Made by a program: the position numbers and the translations under genes. Source: Candidatus Bathyarchaeota archaeon (GTDB lineage: Archaea > Thermoproteota > Bathyarchaeia > Bathyarchaeales > Bathycorpusculaceae). Taken from it: DNA of 64,000 nt. Below are positions 9,571-19,232 of the stretch, in pieces; positions within the stretch are counted from its first letter, which is position 1; each line of letters opens with the position of its first letter. The stretch spans positions 64,001-128,000 of the forward strand of contig CAWFFH010000005.1 in NCBI GenBank assembly GCA_963815095.1. The letters run 5' to 3'. Below the pieces are notes generated by a model that worked only from the letters and a program-made list of their open reading frames with translations, searched no databases and was not told where the DNA came from.

Positions 9571-9783
9571 ATGAGCAGCAGCCTAAAAACTACTATAGAA
9601 AAAATAAAAGCCTTAGAATCAGAGAAAAAGAACCTCTTAGTTGAAATTGAAGGACTCAAAAAAATGGCTGACGCAAAAGCCACAACTCTTGAAAGCGAGG
9701 TTGGTGCGTTGCGGGATGAAGTTAAATCGCTAAAGGTGCTTGTTGGACCACAGCAGAGCGTTCCGAATAAAATACAGATTTAA
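9571..9783 (+). CDS. Small coiled-coil protein
   Basis: ATG after a GGGGA SD; heptad-like helical sequence; T-rich tract after the stop. Confidence 0.7.
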   Translation: MSSSLKTTIEKIKALESEKKNLLVEIEGLKKMADAKATTLESEVGALRDEVKSLKVLVGPQQSVPNKIQI

Positions 9784-9807
9784 CTTTCTTGATTTTTTAA
9801 CTAGATT

Positions 9808-10068
9808 TTATTTGTAGGATGAGTAAAGTTCAGGGTTAGAGTACCTTGTTTTTTTGAAGATGAAGTATCCGATAAAGCCACCTATTATTGGCCCTACCGC
9901 AAATGAGAATAGCAAAAAAGCAGTTCCAAATGAACCGCTAGGTATCGGTCCACCTAAGAGGGTGATTAAAAGTGTCCCGAGGACGAAAAATATTGTGATT
10001 GACCCAAAAATAGCGCCGCCCAGAATGAAGAAGAACCTATTTAGTTTTTTTTGCGCGGTTTGGTTCAT
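9808..10068 (-). CDS. Small two-TM membrane protein
   Basis: Two Gly-rich hydrophobic segments flanked by basic residues. Confidence 0.65.
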   Translation of the reverse strand: MNQTAQKKLNRFFFILGGAIFGSITIFFVLGTLLITLLGGPIPSGSFGTAFLLFSFAVGPIIGGFIGYFIFKKTRYSNPELYSSYK

Positions 10069-10191
10069 GGTTGAATCTCATGAATTATCAAAGCAATATT
10101 GTTAGAATATGCTTTACTAGTTCTTGTTATTGATGAAGACAAACAAAAAAAGAAAAAGGAAGCAGCTATGAATTGTTATTGCTCCAGTATT

Positions 10192-11112
10192 TTAGGGTTT
10201 GATGTGCTGAGTAAGCGTCATGTCCTCAGTCATTCCCATCGTCATGTTTATCATTGATGATTGATAGCTGGCGTTTTCCTGCATGGAAGATTTGATTTGG
10301 CGCAACGTACCGTACTCGAGGTACATTTGGAAGTGGATGTCAAGGTTCATTGATAAATTGCTCGAGGGCATAAGGTTTGAACTAGATTGCGGAACGTTGA
10401 AGGTCACTTGAAGGTTGTTGCTTGTTATGTCTATTCTGAAGACTTTGTATGTGCCCGCTGGAACTGTAAGGTCTTCGACACCGTTGAATTTTATAGTTAG
10501 GTCACCCGTCGTTTGGATGTTTGCAGTTGAGTTTGGGACGGGGTAAGGAACGTTTATGGTGTCGCCGACTTTAACTTCAGGTTTGTTTAGCAACTGTGCA
10601 AGGTAGGAGTCGCTTGCTAAGCCTGTCTGGGGGATTTCAGTCTGGGTGTTTCCGACGTTTAGCAGGTAGCTTGAGTAGCCGGTCTTATTCATTTTTTCCG
10701 TTACAGAGAAGCTCATGGGGTGATTGAGCAGGTAGTTTTCGCCGTCAAAACCGACTACTTCGATGGTCTGCTGGCTGTTCATAGTTATGTTGTTTGGCGT
10801 CTGGTTGGGCAGGTTTAACGGTGAAGCTAAACTGTACGAGCCAATGTTCATCGTCATCGTGGTGTCATAGATCATTTTTTCGCCGACTACGTAGTCAACT
10901 TTAAGCGGTATAGTAGCGTTTGTGCCCTGAGGAATAAAAAACGCAGCCGCAATGATTACGATTGCGATCACTGATAAGGCAGCATATAGTTTCTTTCCAA
11001 AACGTTTTTTCTTGATTGGTTGAGCTGGTGGCTGTTCCATCGTTGGAGGCAATTCTGGAGCAGCAGCCGCAGTTAATCTCAGGATATTAGATGCGTTCAT
11101 TATTTTCGCCAA
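10192..11112 (-). CDS. N-terminally membrane-anchored extracellular beta-rich protein (start uncertain: 11112, 11100 or 11040)
   Basis: KKKRFGKK followed by a TM helix; DLTVPAGTYKVFRI motif; many N-x-S/T sequons. Confidence 0.7.
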   Translation of the reverse strand: MAKIMNASNILRLTAAAAPELPPTMEQPPAQPIKKKRFGKKLYAALSVIAIVIIAAAFFIPQGTNATIPLKVDYVVGEKMIYDTTMTMNIGSYSLASPLNLPNQTPNNITMNSQQTIEVVGFDGENYLLNHPMSFSVTEKMNKTGYSSYLLNVGNTQTEIPQTGLASDSYLAQLLNKPEVKVGDTINVPYPVPNSTANIQTTGDLTIKFNGVEDLTVPAGTYKVFRIDITSNNLQVTFNVPQSSSNLMPSSNLSMNLDIHFQMYLEYGTLRQIKSSMQENASYQSSMINMTMGMTEDMTLTQHIKP

Positions 11113-11148
11113 TCTAATATTATCACTGTTTGCTTTTAACTCTGATTA

Positions 11149-11175
11149 TAGAACACTTTGTTCTAACGTTAGAAC
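11149..11175. promoter_or_regulatory. Candidate operator: perfect 16-bp palindrome GTTCTAACGTTAGAAC plus a third TAGAAC half-site
   Basis: TAGAAC (11149), GTTCTA (11160) and TAGAAC (11170) lie directly upstream of the 10192-11112 gene, next to a TATA-like TATAAT on the minus strand. Confidence 0.45.
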
Positions 11176-11237
11176 GCTACCGCCAAAGTGGAGAAAAATT
11201 ATAATTAAGGCTGTGTGGGTTAGAAATTGTTTTTTTT

Positions 11238-12092
11238 TTACGTTGTAGTTGGTGGCACTCGTTTCAGCAATGCATTAATGGCGTTAGCGAGAGAGTTACA
11301 CGTTTCTTGTCTTACCGATGTTGATGTGTCGGTTTCAAGTTTCTCAAGTTCAGTGTGTAGGCGGTCGCTTTTTTCGTTAAGTTCTTGTTTTTGTTTTTCG
11401 TAATTGTCGTGTAGTTTTTCTTGTTCAGCTGTAAAAGTTTGCAGGGTTACTTCTAGCTCGTTTTTTGCTGCTTTGAGGTTCTGAGTGGTTTGGGTGAGTT
11501 GTTCTGAGGCTTTTCTTTTTGCGCTGAACTGGTAGAAGCTAAATTTTACTTTCTGTTGTGTTGCTAATAGGTCTTCGAGGTCGCGGATTTTGCTGCTTAA
11601 ATGTTGAACCTCTGCGTTCCGTTTGTTGCTGCGTTCTCGAGTTTGCTCAGCGTATGATTTGTCGGCTTCGACTATTTGGTGGTTAACTTCGGATAGGGCT
11701 TTGGCTTCTTCGGTTAAAGTGGCTTCTTTTAGCCTGTTTTCGGCGAGGGCAGCTTCAACGTCGAGGAAAATTTGGAAGCGTTCTTTTATAAATTGTTCAT
11801 CCAAAGTTATTGTTGGGTTGGATTCGAATTCTGAAGTTACCTGTCGCAAGTTCAGTATCCAATCGTTAAAGTATTGGCTGAATGGTGAGAGCGCGAAAAT
11901 CTGGTTCCCCAATTTCCCCAAGCTATTGAGAGTTTTCTCCACAGACTCCTTTGCAGAAACCTCGGGAGTTCCCTCTTGTAGGTACTTGGCGCCTTGACGC
12001 TGCTTTTTTTCTTTGGCTTTCTTTTCGTGGGTGCTTTTTGAGAATTGTTTGCCTGCACCTTTGCGTGAACCCGTTTGTGATCTGAAACTCAT
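11238..12092 (-). CDS. Coiled-coil hypothetical protein with a basic N-terminus
   Basis: 284-aa ORF, long E/K/Q-rich heptad helices, Lys/Arg-rich N-terminal tail. Confidence 0.75.
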   Translation of the reverse strand: MSFRSQTGSRKGAGKQFSKSTHEKKAKEKKQRQGAKYLQEGTPEVSAKESVEKTLNSLGKLGNQIFALSPFSQYFNDWILNLRQVTSEFESNPTITLDEQFIKERFQIFLDVEAALAENRLKEATLTEEAKALSEVNHQIVEADKSYAEQTRERSNKRNAEVQHLSSKIRDLEDLLATQQKVKFSFYQFSAKRKASEQLTQTTQNLKAAKNELEVTLQTFTAEQEKLHDNYEKQKQELNEKSDRLHTELEKLETDTSTSVRQETCNSLANAINALLKRVPPTTT

Positions 12093-12191
12093 AAAATACC
12101 CTGTAGTGAAAGAATTATTTAAAGAGTGGTACTATCTGTGGCGCCAAAAAAGTTTAGGTTACAAGATTTTGGGGAAAAAAAGTTTCAGAGT

Positions 12192-13217
12192 CTATTTTTT
12201 AGTTGATTTCTTTTTGGTCGTTTGAGCAGTTGGAGAGGGGTTGCGTTTTTTGAGTAGCAGGAAAGCTGCAGCGACTGCTATGATGGCTACTATAATCACT
12301 ATTGCGTATATCCACTGGGGTGTGGAGGCGTTGCTGTTGGAGCCGGGTAGTGAGCCATTTGTTGAAGTTGGGTTAGTTGAGGTTGAGCTGGTTGGAGCTG
12401 GGGAGGCTGTGTTACTGTATGGTGTTGTGATGGGTGCTGTTCCCTGACGGATAGGTTGTTGTGCTAATACGATGAGGGTGTAGCGGACGATTTTTTCCGA
12501 TGTAATTATGTTAGTTTGATTGAGGTCAAAAGCTCCAAGTTTAAAGGCACCATTATCAAGAGAACTACCCTTAGGGGCGAGTGAATTTATAGTGTTGCTG
12601 TAGCCGACGGCGATGACTGTTCCAGTGCTGTTGTAGAAAGTTCCCATAACTGTAACGTTATAGGCGTTTTGGTCACCTGTGTTTTCAACATTGCCGTTGA
12701 CCCAATAAACGCCTTTGTCTGTGTTGGTGTCTGATGCGCTTGTGCCGGGGTTCGTGCCAATGGAGGGTGTGCTGCTGGTAATTGTGAGGTCGGGGTACTG
12801 GTAGCTTGCTGTAGCGTTTGCTTGAGCAACATTAAGGCTTATGTTTCCAATTTCAACGGAGTACCAGGTTCCATCGGATGAACCACTTGGTTGGAAGAAG
12901 GTCATATAGAAAGGCGCTATCTGCTGAGGAGCTAGATAGTTTACCGACATTCTTTCTATCCCGATTTGGGCGTAAGAGCTAGATTGAGCTGTGCCGTCGG
13001 ATGAAAAGACTGTTCCTGTAAGAACAACTTGGCTTAGAGTGTTGGAGCCTGTGTTTTGGACTTCTCCCACCACGTCGAAGTAGCCCGCTGAGTCAATATA
13101 ATAACTGTAACTGAGGATTTTGACGCTGGATGTTTGGCTATGTGCGCCAGGGACCAAAGTTAGGCTCAATGAGCAGATGGCAAGTAAAATTAGGAAAGAA
13201 ACTAAGATTTTTTTCAT
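12192..13217 (-). CDS. Surface protein: signal peptide, two FxLYD-like Ig domains, S/T/P linker, C-terminal TM anchor
   Basis: VVGEVQNTG..VLTGTVF and VNGNVENTG..VMGTFYN.TG.VIAVG; TM followed by KKRN. Confidence 0.8.
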   Translation of the reverse strand: MKKILVSFLILLAICSLSLTLVPGAHSQTSSVKILSYSYYIDSAGYFDVVGEVQNTGSNTLSQVVLTGTVFSSDGTAQSSSYAQIGIERMSVNYLAPQQIAPFYMTFFQPSGSSDGTWYSVEIGNISLNVAQANATASYQYPDLTITSSTPSIGTNPGTSASDTNTDKGVYWVNGNVENTGDQNAYNVTVMGTFYNSTGTVIAVGYSNTINSLAPKGSSLDNGAFKLGAFDLNQTNIITSEKIVRYTLIVLAQQPIRQGTAPITTPYSNTASPAPTSSTSTNPTSTNGSLPGSNSNASTPQWIYAIVIIVAIIAVAAAFLLLKKRNPSPTAQTTKKKSTKK

Positions 13218-13288
13218 GTGAAATGCCCTTCTATAGACCCCAAAAGGAAGGTTGTGGTATAAAACACTTTTTCAAAATTGAGCCTAAA

Positions 13289-13353
13289 TCTCGGACCCTG
13301 CCGAAAAGCAACTAGGGCTCTACATAGGGCATGGAGGATCCGGGGATACTTTT
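13289..13353 (+). ncRNA. Candidate small structured RNA (3-way junction)
   Basis: GC-rich island in an AT-rich spacer. TCTCGGA/TCCGGGG closing stem, CCCT/AGGG and CTCTA/TGGAG arms; TATAAAA about 28 nt upstream and a TTTT run at the 3' end. Confidence 0.3.
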
Positions 13354-13393
13354 AAATGTAAAAATGGTGGATAAGTATTTAGTTGGATACGCT

Positions 13394-13873
13394 GTGATTG
13401 AAAAGTTACATCCTTATGTAGTATTTCTTCCAACGGAAAAAAAAGGTAAAATTCTCAGCGCCATCTTCGGAAGCAAAGCAGGTGTTGACGTTCTCCGCTT
13501 CTCGCTTAAGCAAGGCATAGGAAAAAACATTTACCAAAAAGACTTAGTGAAAACCCTCAACTACAGCAACAAAACCATAATAGAAAACCTCAAAACCCTC
13601 ACCTCGCTCGGCGTTCTAAACGAATCCATGGAGAAAAATGACAAAGAAGGCCGAACTATCTGGATTAAAGCCTACCAACTCACTAACCTTGGCAAATGGT
13701 TCGCGCTCTTGATGGCTGAAGAAAAGGAACTTACCGAAACCGAAAAAGCCGAAATCCTCCAAAGCCTTTTCCGCACCTATGTAAAACAAGTAAAGAGGTT
13801 AGCTGAGGAGATAGGAATAAACAAGAAAATGTTGGAAGAAACGTTTAGGGAAGAAATGAAAAGCAGCCAGTGA
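13394..13873 (+). CDS. Winged-helix transcriptional regulator
   Basis: IYQKDLVKTLNYSNKTIIENLKTL..LGVL..wing..YQLT.LG; GTG at 13394 preferred over ATG at 13331. Confidence 0.75.
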   Translation: MIEKLHPYVVFLPTEKKGKILSAIFGSKAGVDVLRFSLKQGIGKNIYQKDLVKTLNYSNKTIIENLKTLTSLGVLNESMEKNDKEGRTIWIKAYQLTNLGKWFALLMAEEKELTETEKAEILQSLFRTYVKQVKRLAEEIGINKKMLEETFREEMKSSQ

Positions 13874-13964
13874 GGAAATAGCTAACGATTGAATATCTTT
13901 TTGCAAAACAAGCGCGTTAATATATTGAAAAAACAGAATTAAAAAATAAAAAAGGAAAAAGAGT

Positions 13965-15149
13965 TTATTCTTCTTCTGAGGGCATTCCAATTTTGCGTAG
14001 GTAGTCTTTGGCGTATTTTGGGTTGTAGGCTAAGAGTTCTTTACTACGTAGCAGGCGCCGTTCTAAGCGGACCAGTGCCACGCGGAAAGTTGGTTCTATG
14101 CCCCAGCCTTCAGATGCCGCGAAAAATGTGCCGCGAACTGTTCGGAACTGCAATCTGCAATGGACCAGCGGGGTTTCGCGTCCGACTACGTTTCCGTGGC
14201 TCTTCATGTACACAAAGAGTGTTCCCAACTGGAACGCTTCTTGGAACCGGTGCGAGAATGAGTCGAACTCGTTCATCATGAATGCTTGTTGGTCTGGTGT
14301 TACGTCTACGCCTTTGGTGCCGAATTGGATCGTTAATTTTCGTTGCGCAACTGCTTCAAGTTGAGAAATTGGCTCCAAAAAGTCAAGTTTTGTAACAATT
14401 CCCACTAATCGGTCGTTTGAAACAACCGCTACGCAGGAAACATCGTGTTTATGCATTTGTGCTTCCGCTTCACGTAAACTGGTTTTGGGTTCAACCATGA
14501 CAACTGGGCTTGACATGATTCCTTTTACGGCGACGCCTAATGTTTCGATTTTTTCGCCTATTATGTCGCCTGTGGTTTGGCGTCGTTGGGGCCAATAGAT
14601 GTTCTCCAAAATATCTTCGTAACTAACCATTCCCTCTAGTTTGCCGCCTTCCATAACTGGAATATGCGAAATTCCGTATTCACGCATCATTCCCAAAACG
14701 GCGCCGACACTGCGGTTTGACTCTAACGTGTGAGGTGCACGGGTCATAACTTTTTCAACATCGGTTTTACCCCAACCTTCTGAAACAGCTCCATGAATAA
14801 CATTTTCGTCTGTAACAAACCCTAACAGTTTTCCCTTTTCGAACAATGGTAGTTGTCGCATGCCACTTCCAATCATTAACTTTGCGAGTTCACCTAACGA
14901 GACATCAGGACCAACGACTGGAGCAACATGCATCAAAGATCGAACCTTAGCTACCGTTGGGTCGAGCCGCGACCGCAAAATTGCCCGCCTTGTAATCATG
15001 CCTGCATATTTTCCTTTCTCATCTAAAACGGCCAAAACTGGAGGCATGCCCTTCTTGAAACTTTCTAGGCATCTTGAAAGAGTATCGTTGTCTTGAACAG
15101 AGTTAAATTCTTTACAATAAATATCCTTAGCAGTAACGGACATGGACAT
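13965..15149 (-). CDS. Four-CBS-domain protein with a C-terminal HPF/RaiA-like domain (Hib-type ribosome hibernation factor candidate)
   Basis: Four CBS repeats (GMIT, GFVT, GMVS, GIVT), then an approximately 100-aa beta-alpha-beta-beta-beta-alpha domain ending FFAASEGWGIEPTFRVALVRLERRL. Confidence 0.7.
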   Translation of the reverse strand: MSMSVTAKDIYCKEFNSVQDNDTLSRCLESFKKGMPPVLAVLDEKGKYAGMITRRAILRSRLDPTVAKVRSLMHVAPVVGPDVSLGELAKLMIGSGMRQLPLFEKGKLLGFVTDENVIHGAVSEGWGKTDVEKVMTRAPHTLESNRSVGAVLGMMREYGISHIPVMEGGKLEGMVSYEDILENIYWPQRRQTTGDIIGEKIETLGVAVKGIMSSPVVMVEPKTSLREAEAQMHKHDVSCVAVVSNDRLVGIVTKLDFLEPISQLEAVAQRKLTIQFGTKGVDVTPDQQAFMMNEFDSFSHRFQEAFQLGTLFVYMKSHGNVVGRETPLVHCRLQFRTVRGTFFAASEGWGIEPTFRVALVRLERRLLRSKELLAYNPKYAKDYLRKIGMPSEEE

Positions 15150-15320
15150 AAATAATCACTGCAAACGTATAATTAATACGAAGAATTTAAACGTTGCAAG
15201 CTAAGTTGCCTGTAACTTTCAACCCAAACAGATTATTCTCTACAAATGTTGACTGATGTTTAAAGAAATTCATGCATAACTTCCATAACAAGCTTTTTTA
15301 GTTCACGCTTCACCCTTATT

Positions 15321-16376
15321 TTGCGGTGCACAATTACGGAAGAAGCAGATATTTGGACTCCTATGGATGGAGACACCTTCGTTACAAAAGATGGCTTCAT
15401 CATGAACACGTTTGGGTACGAACACCCAGATGACCGTGTTTTCGCGTTCCTCAAATACATCCCTGCGCAATACAAGCAGCTTTTCAACGTGGAAATGCTT
15501 ACCCGAACCTGGAAATTCGGCACAAACCCACTTACAAACCAGCTTTTCCGCGCCGAAAAACTCTACACGGCCAAAAACTACCAAACCTTCATCGAAGCCT
15601 TCCGCAAAACCTTCCCCAACTACCTCTATTTCGACCAAACACGCGGCAAAGAACTCATAACTGCCCCACTTGAAGCAATTGAGCAGGTTTTTGTTCCCAA
15701 AGACCGCTTAGTTTGGCTTCAGAACCTAAAGCACCCTGACAAACTCCAAGCAATGTCGCTCCAATTAATCGATTTAATCTCTAAAGAATCCGGTGTGCCA
15801 TGCACCGATCTGGGCATCCACGGTTCCATTGCGTTGGAAATGCATGCACCAGAATCCGACATCGACTTTGTTGTCTACGGCACAAACAACTTCCGTGTTG
15901 TTGAGGATGCAATTCAAAGGCTCGTAAACGAAAACAAGCTCACCTACATTGCTGGTAACCGTATTGAAGCTGCCCGCAAATTCGTGGGCAAATACCAAGG
16001 CAAAATCTGGATGTATAATGCAACCAAAAAACCTGAGGAAATCAAAAATCAATTCGGCGATTATACCTTTACGCCGTTGGCGCCTGTACGTTTCATTGCC
16101 ACCGTTTGTGATGACACGGAAACCATGTATCGCCCGGCAATCTACAAAATCAGCAACTACCAACCCCAAGATCCCCAATCGGAACTTGCCCTCGACAAAA
16201 TCCCAATTCAAGTAGTTTCAAATATCGGCTGCTACCGAAACGTTGCGAGACTAGGACAGCAAGTTAAAGTTGCAGGCACCCTTGAAAAAGTCCAATCAAC
16301 AAGTGATACCAGCATCTTCTATCAAGTCGTCGTTGGCACAGCTACTTCGGAAGAAGAATATATATGGCCACTGTAA
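15321..16376 (+). CDS. Pol-beta-fold nucleotidyltransferase, COG1665-like, paralog 1
   Basis: DGD.F.T.DG.I..T.GY.HP..R..AFLKY.P; [14 protein letters not shown]; C-terminal OB-like G.Q.KVAG.LE. Confidence 0.8.
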   Translation: MRCTITEEADIWTPMDGDTFVTKDGFIMNTFGYEHPDDRVFAFLKYIPAQYKQLFNVEMLTRTWKFGTNPLTNQLFRAEKLYTAKNYQTFIEAFRKTFPNYLYFDQTRGKELITAPLEAIEQVFVPKDRLVWLQNLKHPDKLQAMSLQLIDLISKESGVPCTDLGIHGSIALEMHAPESDIDFVVYGTNNFRVVEDAIQRLVNENKLTYIAGNRIEAARKFVGKYQGKIWMYNATKKPEEIKNQFGDYTFTPLAPVRFIATVCDDTETMYRPAIYKISNYQPQDPQSELALDKIPIQVVSNIGCYRNVARLGQQVKVAGTLEKVQSTSDTSIFYQVVVGTATSEEEYIWPL

Positions 16377-17437
16377 AACTGCGGGACCGCGACGCCATCC
16401 AAACACAGGAAGGTTTGATTTTCCGCGTTTTCGGTTATAGTCACCCAAACGACGCTTACATCTGCGATGCGGAATATGCGAGCTCAAAGATTTTTAGGTC
16501 AAACGACCCGCGTGCACCAAGAACTGGGCGAAGTGAGCTCTTCTATAAATTCTACAACGATGAAGGCATGAAGCTCATCGCCAAAAAGTACCCTCAATAC
16601 CTTATCCAACACGAGATGCTTGGGTTAAAAATTGTCGGCGTTCAACAAACCTTAATCGTCGAAGCCCGACAACCCCAGCCGCGTCTTCAAGAACTTCTTA
16701 GGGCAGGACCAACCGACCCATTGCTCGCAGCTATGGAACGTGTATTGGACATTGCAACGGAAAAATCAGGTGTTCCACCCGAAAGTTTTGGGGTCTTTGG
16801 CTCTATGTTGCATGGTTTCCATCACCCAAAGTACTCCGACATTGACTTTACAATCTATGGTAAGGCTGAAAACGCTAAAATGTGTCAAACAATGGCCCAA
16901 CTCTATTCTGACAGCAGTTCAGGGTTAAGCAATGAATTCGAATCCGTGGACGTCATGAAGGGCAAAGATTGGCGATTCAAAAATTTCACGGTCGAAGATT
17001 TTGTTTGGCATCAACGCCGAAAAATGATTTACGGGTTATACGACGACACTAAAGCTAGCGGCAGAGTAATCAAAGCCGAATTTGAACCCGTGAAGTCCTG
17101 GAGCGAAATCAAATCCGAATATGACCCGCAAGCAAAAATTATTCAGAAGGGCTGGGTTAAACTGAAAGCCCACATAACCGCGGATGATGAGGCACCCTTT
17201 ATTCCATCTATTTACGGTATTGAGCCTTTGGAAGTTCTCAGTGGTTCCAAAGAAGCCCTGAAAGTTACGCGGATTTTCAGCTACATGGAAGAGTTCCGTC
17301 AGCAAGCCCAAAAAAACGAAACCGTAATTGTTGAAGGCAACTTAGAGGAAGTCGAATCTCCAGCAGGAAACTTCTGGCAGGTAACATTGACTTATTGCCC
17401 AAGCTACTATGAACAAGTCCTCAAAGTCCAGCATTAA
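16364..17437 (+). CDS. Pol-beta-fold nucleotidyltransferase, COG1665-like, paralog 2
   Basis: [18 protein letters not shown]; [14 protein letters not shown]; overlaps paralog 1 by 13 nt. Confidence 0.8.
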   Translation: MATVKLRDRDAIQTQEGLIFRVFGYSHPNDAYICDAEYASSKIFRSNDPRAPRTGRSELFYKFYNDEGMKLIAKKYPQYLIQHEMLGLKIVGVQQTLIVEARQPQPRLQELLRAGPTDPLLAAMERVLDIATEKSGVPPESFGVFGSMLHGFHHPKYSDIDFTIYGKAENAKMCQTMAQLYSDSSSGLSNEFESVDVMKGKDWRFKNFTVEDFVWHQRRKMIYGLYDDTKASGRVIKAEFEPVKSWSEIKSEYDPQAKIIQKGWVKLKAHITADDEAPFIPSIYGIEPLEVLSGSKEALKVTRIFSYMEEFRQQAQKNETVIVEGNLEEVESPAGNFWQVTLTYCPSYYEQVLKVQH

Positions 17438-17917
17438 TTCACTACGAAGAAATAGAATGCGTTTGGGTTGATTGTTATTGCAACCGTTGGGCAGAATTCA
17501 GTTGCAGCAGCAGCAGCATCTTCTCCAGCTCCCTATTGCTATAGCTCCTGTTAGTCCTTATCGGCGTTTGACGTTGTGGCTGCAGTTTAATGGCTAACCT
17601 ATTCAATTTGGATTTATCTCTGAAAGATAACACCCATTTGCAATTTGCGGCCACAGTATCATCACCATCATCATTATCTTCTATGGGAATTTTTCAATGA
17701 GGTACACTCTTGGTAACAGTGAAGCGCAGAAAAAACTCAAAGTAATTTTTTAGCGGGATGAACATCTTTGATTTGATATTGTGCCTTTCTAGATGATCTT
17801 TTTAAAATTGTCGAGGGCATCTTGTAAACAAAGTTTTAAACAAATATAACTTGAAAAAGAGATTAAGCGGCAGTTATTTGGGGGATTCATATTAACAATG
17901 CGCGCATAGAATTTCTT

Positions 17918-18106
17918 TTGGTAATAGCTTTTGCAGTCATTGGTGCAATTCTGCTTGTTCTCGGTCTTCTACTCTCATTATACGCCTTAAGACCAAGCCT
18001 GGACTTTATTATTTTTGGCTTATTATTGCTACTTGTAGCGTTCATTCTTGCAGTTCAATTCGGATTTTTAGAAAGAGACTACAGCATTTATTCTGGTCCA
18101 TTTTAG
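17918..18106 (+). CDS. Small two-TM membrane protein
   Basis: Two strongly hydrophobic helices; TTG start uncertain. Confidence 0.5.
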   Translation: MVIAFAVIGAILLVLGLLLSLYALRPSLDFIIFGLLLLLVAFILAVQFGFLERDYSIYSGPF

Positions 18107-18115
18107 CATGAAAGC

Positions 18116-19168
18116 TTACAAGTGAGCAGTGGTTTTGCGGATTACCATGTAGTCTGTTGGTTTGTTTCCGATAATGACGCGGTAATGCGTTTCTCCTGTT
18201 CTGTGGTCTGTAACATGCTCGATTTTTCCCTGAACCTCAACTGTGGTGGGTTCTCGTTGATTTGTAGGTACTTGCTGGCAGAACCTGCCGCGGAAAGAAA
18301 CAACCTCAGTAATTGGCGAGAGTTTGGGTCCTTCAACAACCGCAATATCTTTGAGTTTGTATGTGCAGGGCGTAAAAAGTGAATCTGAGGCGTCAGCTAT
18401 GTTGGCAACTATTTTTGTGTACCCAGCGTTTTTGTAGCACACATCGCCATACTGCTCGTTTGTTTCGCTCCAGTCCTTCACGAAGCGGATGAAGTAGTCG
18501 GTTCCCATGAACATGCCTTGGAAAGCTTTTCGGCTTTCGATCTCTGTGAAGTCTTCGAAGCTCATCTGGGTGTCTTTTGAACGGAACTCATAGAGCGTCT
18601 GCAGTTCCTCTATGGTGTAGGGTTTGAAGCCTGAACCCTCGATTTTACGTAGTTGTTGCAGGGCGTCGTAGGCTTTGCGGCTGTTTTCTACGCCGTAAAC
18701 GAGTGGGTCGATATCTGATTTTTCAGTTGTTAACCCTGCCATTATCGAGCCTGAAACGCCGATGGCGCTCCAAGGAATGCCTGCTTTCGCCTTTAATGTT
18801 TGAGCCAACTGCAAAGCTTTGCTTTCAAGCACAGTAAGATCCTTAGCTGACCGTAATGCCCAAAGCTTCTCCTCGGGCTTATAATGCTCAGCTACTTGTG
18901 CAACTGGAACCTCACACATCGTCTCTCCGAACACCGAGTCAAAAACGATGAGTTCAGGATGGTTCTCTTGCAGGTATTTAAAGCGGTCACCGAGACTGTA
19001 CACTTTGCCATATAATGCGTCTTTACCTTGCCTTGTGCCCTGCGGTAAGGGTATGAAGCGGGGAAACGCTATTACCTTGTTTGGCGGGTGAACTAAGCCT
19101 TTAACGTCAAAAACTACGTTACTTTTGGTTTTAATTAAGTCGCCTTCGCGTGCTTTCATTCCAATCAA
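18116..19168 (-). CDS. Pol-beta-fold nucleotidyltransferase, COG1665-like, paralog 3
   Basis: REGD.I.T...VFDVKG.VHPP..VIAFPRF.P; GVSGS..SDIDPLVYG; start TTG 19168 or ATG 19159. Confidence 0.8.
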   Translation of the reverse strand: MIGMKAREGDLIKTKSNVVFDVKGLVHPPNKVIAFPRFIPLPQGTRQGKDALYGKVYSLGDRFKYLQENHPELIVFDSVFGETMCEVPVAQVAEHYKPEEKLWALRSAKDLTVLESKALQLAQTLKAKAGIPWSAIGVSGSIMAGLTTEKSDIDPLVYGVENSRKAYDALQQLRKIEGSGFKPYTIEELQTLYEFRSKDTQMSFEDFTEIESRKAFQGMFMGTDYFIRFVKDWSETNEQYGDVCYKNAGYTKIVANIADASDSLFTPCTYKLKDIAVVEGPKLSPITEVVSFRGRFCQQVPTNQREPTTVEVQGKIEHVTDHRTGETHYRVIIGNKPTDYMVIRKTTAHL

Positions 19169-19232
19169 TTGTTTGTAGTTTTCAAAACTTTAATAAACCT
19201 TTTTTAAACCACTTACCCAGAAGGCCACATCA

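Noticed and set aside
15321-19168. Nucleotidyltransferases as MNT-HEPN toxin-antitoxin or CBASS/defence cyclases
   Set aside because: The proteins are about 350 aa with extra N- and C-terminal domains, have no HEPN or effector neighbours, and sit in a housekeeping cofactor context
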